Notes under the pieces: generated by a model
The model's database searches: none
What the model saw: the letters and a program-made list of their open reading frames with translations, nothing else
What the model was told of the DNA's origin: nothing
In this document: one piece after another, positions 20,668 through 29,653 of the stretch
Position numbering within the stretch: position 1 is the first letter of the stretch
Layout: each line of letters starts with the position of its first letter
NCBI GenBank assembly: GCA_049433545.1
Contig: JBMTEY010000001.1
Coordinates: forward strand, 1-58,458
Reading direction: 5' to 3'
Length of the DNA stretch: 58,458 nt
From: Burkholderiales bacterium
GTDB lineage: Bacteria; Pseudomonadota; Gammaproteobacteria; Burkholderiales; SG8-41
Position numbers and translations under genes: made by a program

Positions 20668-21927
20668 TTACTTCTTTTCGGTTTCGCCACCGACCATCGC
20701 CAGCAAATGCCCGAACTTGCTGCGCTTTGTATCCAGATACCGGCGGTTGGCCTCGCGCGGCGGAATGTCGACAGCGACGCGTTCGACGACCTTGAGTCCG
20801 AACTTCTCCAGCGCCGAGACCTTGTCCGGGTTGTTGGTCATCAGCCTGACCTCGCGTGCGCCGAGATCAAACAGGATGTGCGCACCGGCACGGTAGTCGC
20901 GCATGTCGGCGGCAAAACCCAGCGCGTGGTTGGCTTCGACGGTGTCGCTGCCCTGGTCCTGCAGCGCGTAGGCGCGGATCTTGTTCAAGAGGCCGATGCC
21001 GCGGCCCTCATCAAACATGTAGACCAGCACACCGCTGCCGGCCTGCTCGATCATGTGCATCGCTGCATCCAGCTGTTCGCCGCAGTCGCAGCGCTCGGAA
21101 CCGAACACGTCGCCGGTCAGGCACTGTGAATGCAGGCGCACCAGCACCGGCTCGCCGAGCCTGATTTCGCCTTTGACCAGCGCGACGAACACGTTGGATT
21201 CGAGGCTGTCGGCATAGACCACCAGCCTGAATTCGCCGGCCTTGCTGGTCGGTAGCACGGTTTCGGCCTTGCGCTGGATGGTGCGCTCGTTCTCACGATA
21301 AGTGACGAGTTCGGCGATGTCGAGGATGCGGATGCCGTGTTTCGCCGCGAACTTTTCCAGGTCGGGACGCCGCGCCATGCTGCCGTCGGGATTCATGATT
21401 TCGCAGATCACGCCGGCGGGCTTGAGGCCGGCAAGCCGCGCGAGATCCACCGCGGCTTCGGTATGGCCGCGCCGCGCCAGCACGCCGCCGTCCACCGCGC
21501 GCAACGTCTGCAGGCGGCCAGGGCGGATCAGATCGGTGGGTTTGGCGTGGTCGGCGATCGCCACCGCGATGGTGCGCGCACGGTCGAGCGCCGACATGCC
21601 CGAACCCACGCCCTCGCGGGCGTCGATTGGAGTCGCGAAGGCGGTGCCGAACTTGGTCTGGTTGCCGCTGTCGTCGGCGATCAGTGACAGGCCCAGCGCG
21701 CGCATCCGCTCTTCGGTCAGCGCCAGCGACACCAGGCCGCGGCCTTCGCTCGCCATGAAGTTGATGGCTTCGGGTGTGGCGCGTTCGGCGGCGACGAACA
21801 GGTCGCCTTCGTTTTCGCGGTCGGCGCTGTCGACGAGGATCACCATCTGTCCACGCCGCACCTCGGGCAGGATCTGCTCGATGGTGTATTCAGTGGTACT
21901 GCGTTCGGTGGTTTTGTCGGCGGACAT
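20668..21927 (-). CDS. ribBA: Bifunctional 3,4-dihydroxy-2-butanone-4-phosphate synthase / GTP cyclohydrolase II
   Basis: VDSADRENEGDLFVAAE (DHBP synthase), and RLHSQCLTGDVFGSERCDCGEQL (GCH II zinc site). Confidence 0.93.
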   Translation of the reverse strand: MSADKTTERSTTEYTIEQILPEVRRGQMVILVDSADRENEGDLFVAAERATPEAINFMASEGRGLVSLALTEERMRALGLSLIADDSGNQTKFGTAFATPIDAREGVGSGMSALDRARTIAVAIADHAKPTDLIRPGRLQTLRAVDGGVLARRGHTEAAVDLARLAGLKPAGVICEIMNPDGSMARRPDLEKFAAKHGIRILDIAELVTYRENERTIQRKAETVLPTSKAGEFRLVVYADSLESNVFVALVKGEIRLGEPVLVRLHSQCLTGDVFGSERCDCGEQLDAAMHMIEQAGSGVLVYMFDEGRGIGLLNKIRAYALQDQGSDTVEANHALGFAADMRDYRAGAHILFDLGAREVRLMTNNPDKVSALEKFGLKVVERVAVDIPPREANRRYLDTKRSKFGHLLAMVGGETEKK

Positions 21928-22003
21928 GGCGCGGTCACTGACCGCAGGCGCGCGGTAAATCGTAACTATTTGATTTTATTGATATTTTTGTCATCGCCCT
22001 GGA

Positions 22004-22651
22004 TCACGTCCGGGAGACAATCAGGCGCAGGAATTCGGCGCGGGTGACGTCCTTGTTGAATTCGCCGGTGAACGCGGAAGTCGACGCAATCGAATTCTGC
22101 TTTTGGATGCCGCGCATGATCATGCACATGTGCTGGGCCTCGATCACCACCGCGACGCCGGCAGGGTCGAGCGTGTCCTGGATGCAGTCGCGAATCTGCA
22201 CGGTGAGCCGTTCCTGCACCTGCAGCCGCCGCGCATAGGCATCGACCACGCGCGGCACTTTCGACAGGCCGACAATGCGGCCCTTGGGGATGTAGGCGAC
22301 GTGGGCCTTGCCGAAGAAGGGCAGCATGTGGTGCTCGCACAGCGAGTAGACCTCGATGTCGCGCACGATCACCATCTGCTGGTATTCCTCGGTGAACATC
22401 GCCGAGCGCAGGATTTCCGCGGGGTCGAGGTCGTAACCGTGGGTCAGGAACTGCAGCGCCTTGGCCACGCGCTCCGGCGTCTTCACCAGGCCTTCGCGGT
22501 CCGGGTCCTCGCCGACGTCCTTCAGGATGTGGCGGTAGCGGTCGGCGATGCTGCGGATGATTTCCGGATTGTAATGGTCGTTCCTGGCGTAACCGTCCAT
22601 CACGTTTTCTTCGCGCATGTCGCTCACGGGCAGATTGTCACGCGGCTTCAT
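22004..22651 (-). CDS. folE: GTP cyclohydrolase I (FolE type 1)
   Basis: [22 protein letters not shown]...RLQVQERLT... 215 aa. The start ATG overlaps the dxs stop (ATGA at 22648-22651). The longer ORF-track extension to 23161 is rejected. Confidence 0.9.
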   Translation of the reverse strand: MKPRDNLPVSDMREENVMDGYARNDHYNPEIIRSIADRYRHILKDVGEDPDREGLVKTPERVAKALQFLTHGYDLDPAEILRSAMFTEEYQQMVIVRDIEVYSLCEHHMLPFFGKAHVAYIPKGRIVGLSKVPRVVDAYARRLQVQERLTVQIRDCIQDTLDPAGVAVVIEAQHMCMIMRGIQKQNSIASTSAFTGEFNKDVTRAEFLRLIVSRT

Positions 22652-24552
22652 TTTGTCTTCACCATGGCCAGACGTTCGCGGATCGAATGTGCGATTCCGG
22701 TGGCATCCAGTCCCACGCTCGCCAGCTGCAGCGAGGGATCTCCCTGATCGATGAAGCTGTCGGGCAGACCCAGTTGCAGCACCGGTATGTTCAGTTCGTT
22801 GCGCTGCATCGCCTCCAGCACCGCGCTGCCGGCGCCGCCCATCACCACGTTTTCCTCGATGGTCACCAGCAGCGCGTGTTTCGCCGCCAGTTCGCGCACC
22901 AGGTCTTCGTCCAGCGGCTTGACGAAGCGCATGTTCGCCACCGTGGCGTCGAATTCCGCGGCAACCTCGAGCGCCGGCGCCAGCATCGAGCCGAAGGCCA
23001 GTATCGCGATGTTGCCTTTGCCGCGCCGCCGTACTTCGCCGCGACCCAGCGGCAATGCGGTCATCTCCTTCTCGACCGCCACGCCGGGCCCGGTGCCGCG
23101 CGGGTAGCGCACGGCGGCAGGGGTATTCATCTGGAAAGCCGTGAAAAGCATCTGCCGGCATTCGTTTTCATCGGCCGGCGTCATCACCGTCATGTTGGGC
23201 AGGCAGCGCAGGTAACTCAGATCGAAGCTGCCGTTATGCGTGGCGCCGTCAGCGCCGACCAGACCGCCGCGGTCGAGCGCGAACACCACCGGCAGGTTCT
23301 GGATCTGCACGTCGTGGATCAGCTGGTCGTAGCCGCGCTGCAGGAAGGTCGAGTAGATCGCCACCACCGGCTTGTAGCCCTCGCAGGCCACGCCCGCGGC
23401 GAAGGTCACCGCATGCTGCTCGGCGATGCCGACGTCGAAATAACGTTTCGGATATTGCGCGGCGAACTTCACCATGCCCGAGCCTTCGCGCATCGCCGGC
23501 GTGATGCCGACCAGGCGCGGATCGCGCTCGGCCATGTCGCACAGCCATTCGCCGAAGACCTGGGTGTAGGTCGGTTTGCTGACGGATTTGCCGCCTGACT
23601 TGCCCGTGGCGATGCCCGACTTGTGGTCGAATTTCGACACGCCGTGATAGAGGATGGGATCGGCTTCTGCCAGCTTGTAGCCCTGGCCCTTGCGCGTCAC
23701 CACGTGCAGGAACTGCGGACCCTTCAGGTTGCGGATGTTGTGCAGCGTCGGTATCAGCGCATCGAGGTCGTGGCCGTCGATCGGGCCGATGTAGTTGAAA
23801 CCGAATTCCTCGAACATCGTGCCCGGCGTGACCATGCCCTTGACATGTTCCTCGGCGCGGCGCGCGAGGTCACCCAGCACTTTTTCGCCGAGCCCCTTGG
23901 CCGCGGCATAAAAACGCCCCGACATCAGTTTCGCCAGGTACTTGTTGAGCGCGCCCACAGGCGGCGAGATCGACATGTCGTTGTCGTTGAGCACCACCAG
24001 CAGGTCGACGTCCATCGCCCCGGCATTGTTCAGCGCCTCGAAGGCCATGCCCGCGCTCATCGCGCCGTCGCCGATGATCGCCACCGCATGGCGCGGCTCG
24101 CCCTTCAACTTGGCGGCCACCGCCATGCCCAGGGCAGCGCTGATCGAGGTGCTCGAATGCGCGGTGCCGAAGGTGTCGTAGACGGATTCAGTGCGCTGGG
24201 GGAAACCCGAGATGCCCTGCCACATGCGCAGGTTCTTCATCGCCTCGCGGCGGCCGGTCAGTATCTTGTGGCCATACGTCTGGTGGCCGACGTCCCACAC
24301 CAGGCGGTCGTGCGGCGTGTCAAAGACGTAATGCAGTGCGATGGTGAGCTCGACCGTGCCGAGATTGGACGACAGGTGGCCGCCGGTCTGACTCACCGAC
24401 TCCAGCAGGTAGGCGCGCAGTTCGTCGGCCAGCCGCGGCAGCTGGCTGCGCTCGAGCAGCCGCAGGTCGGCGGGCGTAGCCAGGGATTTCAGCAGCCCGT
24501 ATTCGGGCCTGTCCTGATCCCCGGAGCCTTCCATGGTCAATATCGCAGTCAT
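22648..24552 (-). CDS. dxs: 1-deoxy-D-xylulose-5-phosphate synthase
   Basis: [46 protein letters not shown] and [15 protein letters not shown] (TPP motif). Confidence 0.95.
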   Translation of the reverse strand: MTAILTMEGSGDQDRPEYGLLKSLATPADLRLLERSQLPRLADELRAYLLESVSQTGGHLSSNLGTVELTIALHYVFDTPHDRLVWDVGHQTYGHKILTGRREAMKNLRMWQGISGFPQRTESVYDTFGTAHSSTSISAALGMAVAAKLKGEPRHAVAIIGDGAMSAGMAFEALNNAGAMDVDLLVVLNDNDMSISPPVGALNKYLAKLMSGRFYAAAKGLGEKVLGDLARRAEEHVKGMVTPGTMFEEFGFNYIGPIDGHDLDALIPTLHNIRNLKGPQFLHVVTRKGQGYKLAEADPILYHGVSKFDHKSGIATGKSGGKSVSKPTYTQVFGEWLCDMAERDPRLVGITPAMREGSGMVKFAAQYPKRYFDVGIAEQHAVTFAAGVACEGYKPVVAIYSTFLQRGYDQLIHDVQIQNLPVVFALDRGGLVGADGATHNGSFDLSYLRCLPNMTVMTPADENECRQMLFTAFQMNTPAAVRYPRGTGPGVAVEKEMTALPLGRGEVRRRGKGNIAILAFGSMLAPALEVAAEFDATVANMRFVKPLDEDLVRELAAKHALLVTIEENVVMGGAGSAVLEAMQRNELNIPVLQLGLPDSFIDQGDPSLQLASVGLDATGIAHSIRERLAMVKTK

Positions 24553-24564
24553 GCCGTTATTGTC

Positions 24565-25461
24565 TCAGAACTTGCGCAGGACGATGAAATCGGCCAATTG
24601 CGCGAGCCGTGTGCCGCGCTCGCCGAACGATGCGATGGCCTGCAAGGCCTGTTCACGCAGGTCCGCCGCCAGTGCCTTGGCCTGGCTGACACCCATCGCG
24701 CTGACATAGGTCGGTTTTCCCTGCTCCGCATCCTTGCCCGCCGTCTTGCCGAGCGTTGCGGTCGGCGCCTCGGCGTCGAGCACATCGTCGACGACCTGGA
24801 ACGCCAGGCCGATCGCCTTGGCATAGGCATCGACCCGCGCCAGTCCGGCATCATCAAGACCGCTGCCGCAGCGCGCGCCGAGCACGGCCGCGGCGCGAAT
24901 CAGCGCACCGGTCTTGTGAATGTGCATGAATTCGAGTTCGGGCACGGTCAGCGTCTCGCCCACCGCGGCAAGATCGATGGCCTGGCCGCCCGCCATGCCG
25001 CGCGAACCTGCTGCTATCCCCAGCAGCTTGATCATGTCGAGCTGCGCGGTGGCGTCGTCGGCAAGGCGGTATTCGCCGAGCAGCTGGAACGCGAGGCTCT
25101 GCAGCGCATCACCCACCAGCAGCGCGGTGGCTTCGTCGAACTCGACGTGGCAGGTTGGTTTGCCCCGTCGCAGCACGTCATCGTCCATGCACGGCAGGTC
25201 GTCATGCACCAGCGAATAGGCATGGATGATTTCCACGGCCGCACCGGCGACCGTCACGCGTTCGGGATCCGCCTGCGACACTTCGCCGGCGGCATAAGCC
25301 AGCAGCGGGCGCACGCGTTTGCCGCCGCCGAGCACGGCATAGCGCATCGCCGCGTGCAGGCGTGACGGCGCGATCTCGGCCGACGGCAGCACGCGCTGCA
25401 GGAAGGCTTCGATGCGGTTCTGCCCGGCTGCAACCCAGGCCTGGAAATCAGGAGCCGTCAC
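24565..25461 (-). CDS. ispA: Farnesyl diphosphate synthase
   Basis: LVHDDLPCMDDDVLRRGKPT (first DDxxD) and FQVVDDVLD (second DDxxD). Confidence 0.92.
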   Translation of the reverse strand: MTAPDFQAWVAAGQNRIEAFLQRVLPSAEIAPSRLHAAMRYAVLGGGKRVRPLLAYAAGEVSQADPERVTVAGAAVEIIHAYSLVHDDLPCMDDDVLRRGKPTCHVEFDEATALLVGDALQSLAFQLLGEYRLADDATAQLDMIKLLGIAAGSRGMAGGQAIDLAAVGETLTVPELEFMHIHKTGALIRAAAVLGARCGSGLDDAGLARVDAYAKAIGLAFQVVDDVLDAEAPTATLGKTAGKDAEQGKPTYVSAMGVSQAKALAADLREQALQAIASFGERGTRLAQLADFIVLRKF

Positions 25462-25470
25462 AAAGTGGGG

Positions 25471-25707
25471 TTATTGTTCTGCGGCGCCGAAATTCTTCAG
25501 CACGCCGTTTTCGAGGATCTTCACCTGCTGCTGCGCGTCCTGCAGCTGGGTCTGGCAGACCTTGAGCAGTTCCGCGCCGCGTTTGTACGCCGCCAGCGAC
25601 TGTTCCAGCGGCATCTGGCCCTCTTCCATGGCTTCGACGATTTTCTCGAGTTCCGCGAGCGCCGATTCGAATGTCGGATTGTTCTGGTTCTTGGGCGATT
25701 TGGACAT
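25471..25707 (-). CDS. xseB: Exodeoxyribonuclease VII small subunit
   Basis: FESALAELEKIVEAMEEGQMPLEQSLAAYKRGAELLKVCQTQL. xseB-ispA-dxs synteny supports the call. Confidence 0.9.
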   Translation of the reverse strand: MSKSPKNQNNPTFESALAELEKIVEAMEEGQMPLEQSLAAYKRGAELLKVCQTQLQDAQQQVKILENGVLKNFGAAEQ

Positions 25708-25794
25708 GGCGGAATCGCCTCGTTGGATAAACCGAAAGACTAGCGCAATCAGCGAGTTGCGGTCAACGCGCCGAACCAGCGGGCACGCAGGCCC

Positions 25795-27024
25795 CTAGCC
25801 ACGCCCGGCGCTGTCCACCCGATCGATCACGGCCCGCGGAATCAGGCTCAGCTTCACCAGAGGCTTCAGTGATTCATCGCTGCTCTGCTTGCAGAACTCG
25901 CGGATCGCAAGGAATGCCCGTGCCGCCGCCGTGTCGTTCCAGAACCACTGGTCGATGGCCTTCGCCGCGAGATTGCCGGGCTGCGCCGCGGCAGCCTCGA
26001 AATAGTACGCCTTGACGTCGTCGCAGGCGCGCTTCACCGCGACCCCGGCGCTCATGCCGGCGACGACGGGCAGTACGGGCGCATCGTCGAGATAAGCCAG
26101 CACGTGATTCACTGCGTCGTCCACCGTCGCGCCGAACACGCCCACGGTGGTGCGGCCGCGCCGTTTGCGCGCCAGGTCATACCATGGAGCCAGTTGCGCA
26201 ACCTCGTCGCGTAGGGCCTGGGCCAGTCCGCCCGCGCCGGTTTTGGCCGCGGCAAAGCTCACCGGGCAGGCAAATCCGGAATCAGCGGATGCGGCATCCG
26301 GCGCATCCTCCGGAAAATCCTCCAGCACCGGGCCTGATTTTTTTTCGAACAGGGCCAGCAGGCTGCGCAGCACCCTGCGCTGGAAGTCCGCTTCATTCGG
26401 GGAACCGAAGGGACGGCCGAGCATGAACGGCACCCACAACGCGCGCGACGGTTTGATCGCCGCGGTCTGCTCACGGATCAGGCTGATCTGCGCCGTCGCC
26501 ACGCCTTCGCGCTCGAGGTAGTGTCCGAGTGCGCCCACGGCGCACGTGCAGTTGGGTCAGACCGGTGTCAGCAATACCGCATCCACCTTGTCCTTTTTCA
26601 GCAGCGCCGCGAGCTCGCGGGCCTTGGCCTCGAGGGCTCGGACCGGCGCCGCGCCCATGAAAGCATAGTGATAGTCCGACACCGATCCCACCACGCCTTC
26701 AGCCTGCAGTTCTCGCAGGCGGTCAAGCGGAAACACCACGTTGACGTCTTCCTGGAAGCCGCTGCGGTCGAAGTTCACCGAGCTGTGGCTCATGATCAGG
26801 TCGGCGTGCGGCGTATCGCCAGGGATCACGCGGTAATCCGCCGCGCCCGGCGGAAACGGCCGGTCTCCGCGCACGTGCACCCCGGAGGTGGTGATGATCG
26901 CCACCCGGCGCTCGCGCAGCGGCGGCCCGGGCACGAACGGCGTCGCGCCGAAATCCGGCAGGTCGCGGATCTTGTCGAGATGGTGCTGCCGCTCAAATTC
27001 CGGAAGATCGCTCAATCGCGCCAT
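25795..27024 (-). CDS. GrdB/PrdB-family reductase selenoprotein-B homologue. One 409-residue frame with Sec (UGA) at codon 156 (comp. 26557-26559)
   Basis: ORF-track pieces 26557-27024 and 25795-26538 are in the same frame and separated only by one TGA. Read-through gives ...DKVDAVLLTPV-U-PNCTCAVGALGHYLEREGVATAQISLIRE... The N-terminal part (VAIITTSGVHVRGDRPF...DYRVIPGD...VVFPLDRLREL) looks GrdB/PrdB-like. A hairpin follows the UGA. Confidence 0.8.
26529..26559 (-). promoter_or_regulatory. UGA plus candidate bacterial SECIS hairpin (GrdB/PrdB-like gene)
   Basis: Minus strand: UGA, then 11 nt (CCCAACUGCAC), then a perfect 7-bp stem GUGCGCC / GGCGCAC with a GUG loop (26529-26545). Confidence 0.7.
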
Positions 27025-27052
27025 CTGCTGTCCTTTCGGTTGCCATTAATTA

Positions 27053-27667
27053 TCAGCGCTGATGCTTGCCCAAGTTCCAGCCGCTTTTCGCCAGGTGTTT
27101 CTCGCCGACGTGGATAGGCTCCTCCTCCAGCGGCGTCGCCATGGTGTCGTTCCAGCGGTTGAGGAAACCGAAGTTTGCTATGACTGCCACGATTTCCACG
27201 ATCTGCCCTTCGCTCCAGTGCTTCTTGAGTTCGGCGAACATCTCGTCTGTAACCGCATTGGGCTGTGCCGCGCCGGCAATCGCAACTTCCAGTGCCGCAC
27301 GTTCCGCCTCGGAAAACAATGAACTGGTGCGAAATTCCCAGACAGCCTCGAGTTTTTCTGCTTCAACGCCCAGCCGGAGCGCCGCCCCGGCAGTGTGCGC
27401 CATTCAGTAATGGCAACCGTGTGCACGGCTCGCGACGTGGGCCAGCATGCGTTTGAACGCCACCGTCACTTCACCCTGCGGATCCCATACCGCAGCAGCG
27501 AGCTGGGCCATAGCCAGAACCAGTTTGGGTTTGCGTTGCATGATCAGCATGCTGTTCGGCACGAAACCCAGCGTTCGCGTGTAGGTCTTGAACGCCTCCT
27601 GCAGTTCCGGTACGGCATCCTGCGGCAGGGGCGCAAGCCGCGGATCGGGTCGGTCATTTTGTTTCAT
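27053..27667 (-). CDS. AhpD/carboxymuconolactone-decarboxylase-like peroxidase-related selenoprotein. 204 residues with Sec (UGA) at codon 88 (comp. 27404-27406)
   Basis: ORF-track pieces 27404-27739 and 27053-27403 are in frame across a single TGA. Read-through gives HVASRAHGCHY-U-MAHTAG, which aligns with EVASNAAGCRYCTAHNAE of the Cys paralogue at 28786-29382. The similarity runs on both sides of the TGA. ATG 27667 is preceded by GGAGGA. Confidence 0.85.
27373..27406 (-). promoter_or_regulatory. UGA plus candidate SECIS hairpin (AhpD-like gene)
   Basis: Minus strand: UGA, then 12 nt (AUGGCGCACACU), then stem GCCGGGG / CUCCGGC (7 bp, one G-U pair) with loop CGGCG (27373-27391). Confidence 0.6.
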
Positions 27668-27683
27668 CAATGTTTCCTCCTGG

Positions 27684-28289
27684 TCAAGATTGTTTCGTCG
27701 GGTTCGGGTATTCAAGGCAGCGCAGCAGATTGCAGGCAATGGAATTCAACGCATCGCGGTCCGGATTGACCTTGCCGAACAGTCGCAATCCCTGGATGCC
27801 CGCAACCAGGAAACGGGCCAGCGCACGGACGTCAGCGTCGTCGGAAATTTCCCCGCGCCCCTGCCCGCGTGCCAGCGCTTCGGCAAACGAAACTTCGATG
27901 CGCTCCAGGCTGCGCCGGACCTTGACTGCAGTGGCATGATCGCGTCGCGCCAGTTCGGCGGCGCAGTTGCCGATGAAGCACCCGCGCCGCCCCGGGCCGG
28001 CGACGATGCGGTCTATCAGTTCGCCGACGAATCCGGCAATCGCATCCTGCACCGGCAGCGGCCGTTGCAGCGCGGTGTTGATGCGGGCCAGTCCCTGTTT
28101 TTCATAACGCTCGAGAGAACGGTGCAGCAGCGCGCGCTTGCCGCCGAATGTCGCATACAGGCTGGAGCGGCTGAGTCCGGTGGCCGCACACAGGTCGTCG
28201 AGCGACGTCGCTTTGTAGCCCTTGGCCCAGAACGCCTGCATCGCCTGTTCCAGTGCAATGTCGGGCTCGAACTCACGATGCCTTGCCAT
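27684..28289 (-). CDS. TetR/AcrR-family transcriptional regulator
   Basis: ALEQAMQAFWAKGYKATSLDDLCAATGLSRSSLYATFGGKRAL is a TetR N-terminal HTH. 201 aa. Confidence 0.88.
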   Translation of the reverse strand: MARHREFEPDIALEQAMQAFWAKGYKATSLDDLCAATGLSRSSLYATFGGKRALLHRSLERYEKQGLARINTALQRPLPVQDAIAGFVGELIDRIVAGPGRRGCFIGNCAAELARRDHATAVKVRRSLERIEVSFAEALARGQGRGEISDDADVRALARFLVAGIQGLRLFGKVNPDRDALNSIACNLLRCLEYPNPTKQS

Positions 28290-28292
28290 TAT

Positions 28293-28748
28293 TTATTTGA
28301 CAGCGCCTGCCGCCAGTCCGTTGAGCGCCTTGCGCAGATTCTGCGTCACCGCGCCGCAATCCCCGCCCTGCTTGTGGCGTGCGGCGAGAAACTGCGGATC
28401 GTTGTATCCCAGCCACACCTGTCCGGAGGCATCCTGCCAAGCCAGCGCCTTCAGCAGCAGATCAATGCCGCTGGACTGCGCGCACAGCATCAAAGGCGTG
28501 CCGCCCTGGGGATTGCCGAACACCAGCAATTCCGTCGGGCGCAGTTCCTTGCCGATTTTTTTCGCGCCGGCGGCATGATCCACGCGCAGGAAGATATTGA
28601 GTCCCTTGCCCTTGGCGGCCGCCTCGAAGCGGTCGAGGGTGTCCTTGACGCTGTGCGGGCTCTTCAGGGCGATCAGGCCGTCGGCAGACCATGCGGAAAA
28701 CGGCAGCAGCGACAGCAGCAATACAGCGGCAATACGCATCCTGTTCAT
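28293..28748 (-). CDS. DUF302-domain protein with signal peptide
   Basis: MNRMRIAAVLLLSLLPFSAWSA is a signal peptide. PTELLVFGNPQGGTPLM...IDLLLKALAWQD...VWLGYNDPQFLAARH is the DUF302 pattern. Confidence 0.8.
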   Translation of the reverse strand: MNRMRIAAVLLLSLLPFSAWSADGLIALKSPHSVKDTLDRFEAAAKGKGLNIFLRVDHAAGAKKIGKELRPTELLVFGNPQGGTPLMLCAQSSGIDLLLKALAWQDASGQVWLGYNDPQFLAARHKQGGDCGAVTQNLRKALNGLAAGAVK

Positions 28749-28785
28749 GGATTTCTCCGGTTATGTGACAGCACCCGCCCGATGC

Positions 28786-29382
28786 CTACTTGGCATGCAC
28801 CCCGGGATTCCAACCCGAAGCGGCGAGATGCTTGCGGGCAAATTCCAGCGGATGTTCCTCGAGTTGGGTTGCCAGCGTGTCGTTCCAGCGGTTGAGCCAG
28901 CCGAAGAACGAAATCACCGACACGATTTCGATGATCGCATCTTCCGAGAAATGTTTCTTCAACTCGTCGAAATGGGCATCCGTGGCGGACGGCGGACAGC
29001 CGCCGGCGGCCAGTGCCAGGCTGAGGGCAGCGCGCTCGGCCGCGGTGAACAGAGGACTGGTCTGGAACTGCCACAACGCATGCAGCTTTTCCTCGGGAAC
29101 CTTGCCGCGCTCGACCACGTTTTCGGCGTTATGCGCAGTGCAGTAGCGACAACCGGCGGCATTGCTGGCGACTTCCGCCACCATCAGGCGCAGCGCCGTC
29201 GGCACCTCGCCCGCATCGGCCATCACCGCTTCGCGCAGGGTCTGGATGGCGCGAAACACTTTCGGCCGCCGCGCCAGCGTCAGCCAGCTGTTGGGCACGT
29301 AACCGCGCTGTTTTTTCGATTTTTCGAAATCCGCCGCGAACTCGGCGATGCGTTCTGCTGAAGCCGATGAGACTCTGGCCAT
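28786..29382 (-). CDS. AhpD/CMD-like peroxidase-related protein (Cys form, CxxC). Resembles the rSAM/ArsS-associated peroxidase-like family
   Basis: GYVPNSWLTLARRPKVF...VASNAAGCRYCTAHN...IIEIVSVISFFGWLNRWNDTLATQLEE. ATG 29382 is preceded by GGAGGA. It is a paralogue of 27053-27667 and divergent from the radical SAM gene. Confidence 0.82.
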   Translation of the reverse strand: MARVSSASAERIAEFAADFEKSKKQRGYVPNSWLTLARRPKVFRAIQTLREAVMADAGEVPTALRLMVAEVASNAAGCRYCTAHNAENVVERGKVPEEKLHALWQFQTSPLFTAAERAALSLALAAGGCPPSATDAHFDELKKHFSEDAIIEIVSVISFFGWLNRWNDTLATQLEEHPLEFARKHLAASGWNPGVHAK

Positions 29383-29458
29383 TCCATTTCCTCCGGTTAA
29401 TCGTGTTTGCCCGGCGCGGCAATTTGGTTTGACTGCGCGCCGCGGGCGGCTGACGGTT

Positions 29459-29500
29459 TTCAATGTCTTGCCGCATCGACCTATTATAGAATGATCGTTC
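29459..29500 (+). promoter_or_regulatory. Candidate sigma70 promoter and near-palindromic operator for the radical SAM operon
   Basis: TTCAAT (29459-29464), a 17-nt spacer, then TATTAT (29482-29487). This is immediately followed by GAATGATCGTTC (29489-29500), which matches its own reverse complement at 10 of 12 positions. Confidence 0.3.
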
Positions 29501-29653
29501 CAGAATACAACCGTTGCCGTTTCGGCTCATCCCGGTAAACAAGCAGGCAGCGTCACGGTACGGGGCGAATCGTGATATGAAGCCGGTTGTAAGGAACGCC
29601 CGGAAATTCCGACCGATGGTTTTTGCTGTAAACCGAGTTCCAGGAGCCGTTTG

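Noticed and set aside
22652-23161. Upstream 170-codon extension of the folE ORF (ORF-track entry 22004-23161)
   Set aside because: The extension overlaps dxs in another frame and is Arg/Gly-rich. The FolE homology begins at the ATG at 22651, which forms an ATGA overlap with the dxs stop.
23623-25365. 580-aa plus-strand ORF
   Set aside because: It is antisense to dxs and ispA, with a shadow-frame composition.
25795-27739. Alternative reading of the in-frame TGAs as genuine stops, that is, pseudogenes or adjacent small genes
   Set aside because: All three TGAs fall exactly on a redox-motif Cys position. Homology continues across them; for the AhpD-like gene this is shown against an in-window paralogue. 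Each is followed at 11-15 nt by a stable 7-bp hairpin, and selA/selB are present. Three independent nonsense mutations at catalytic Cys codons are much less likely.
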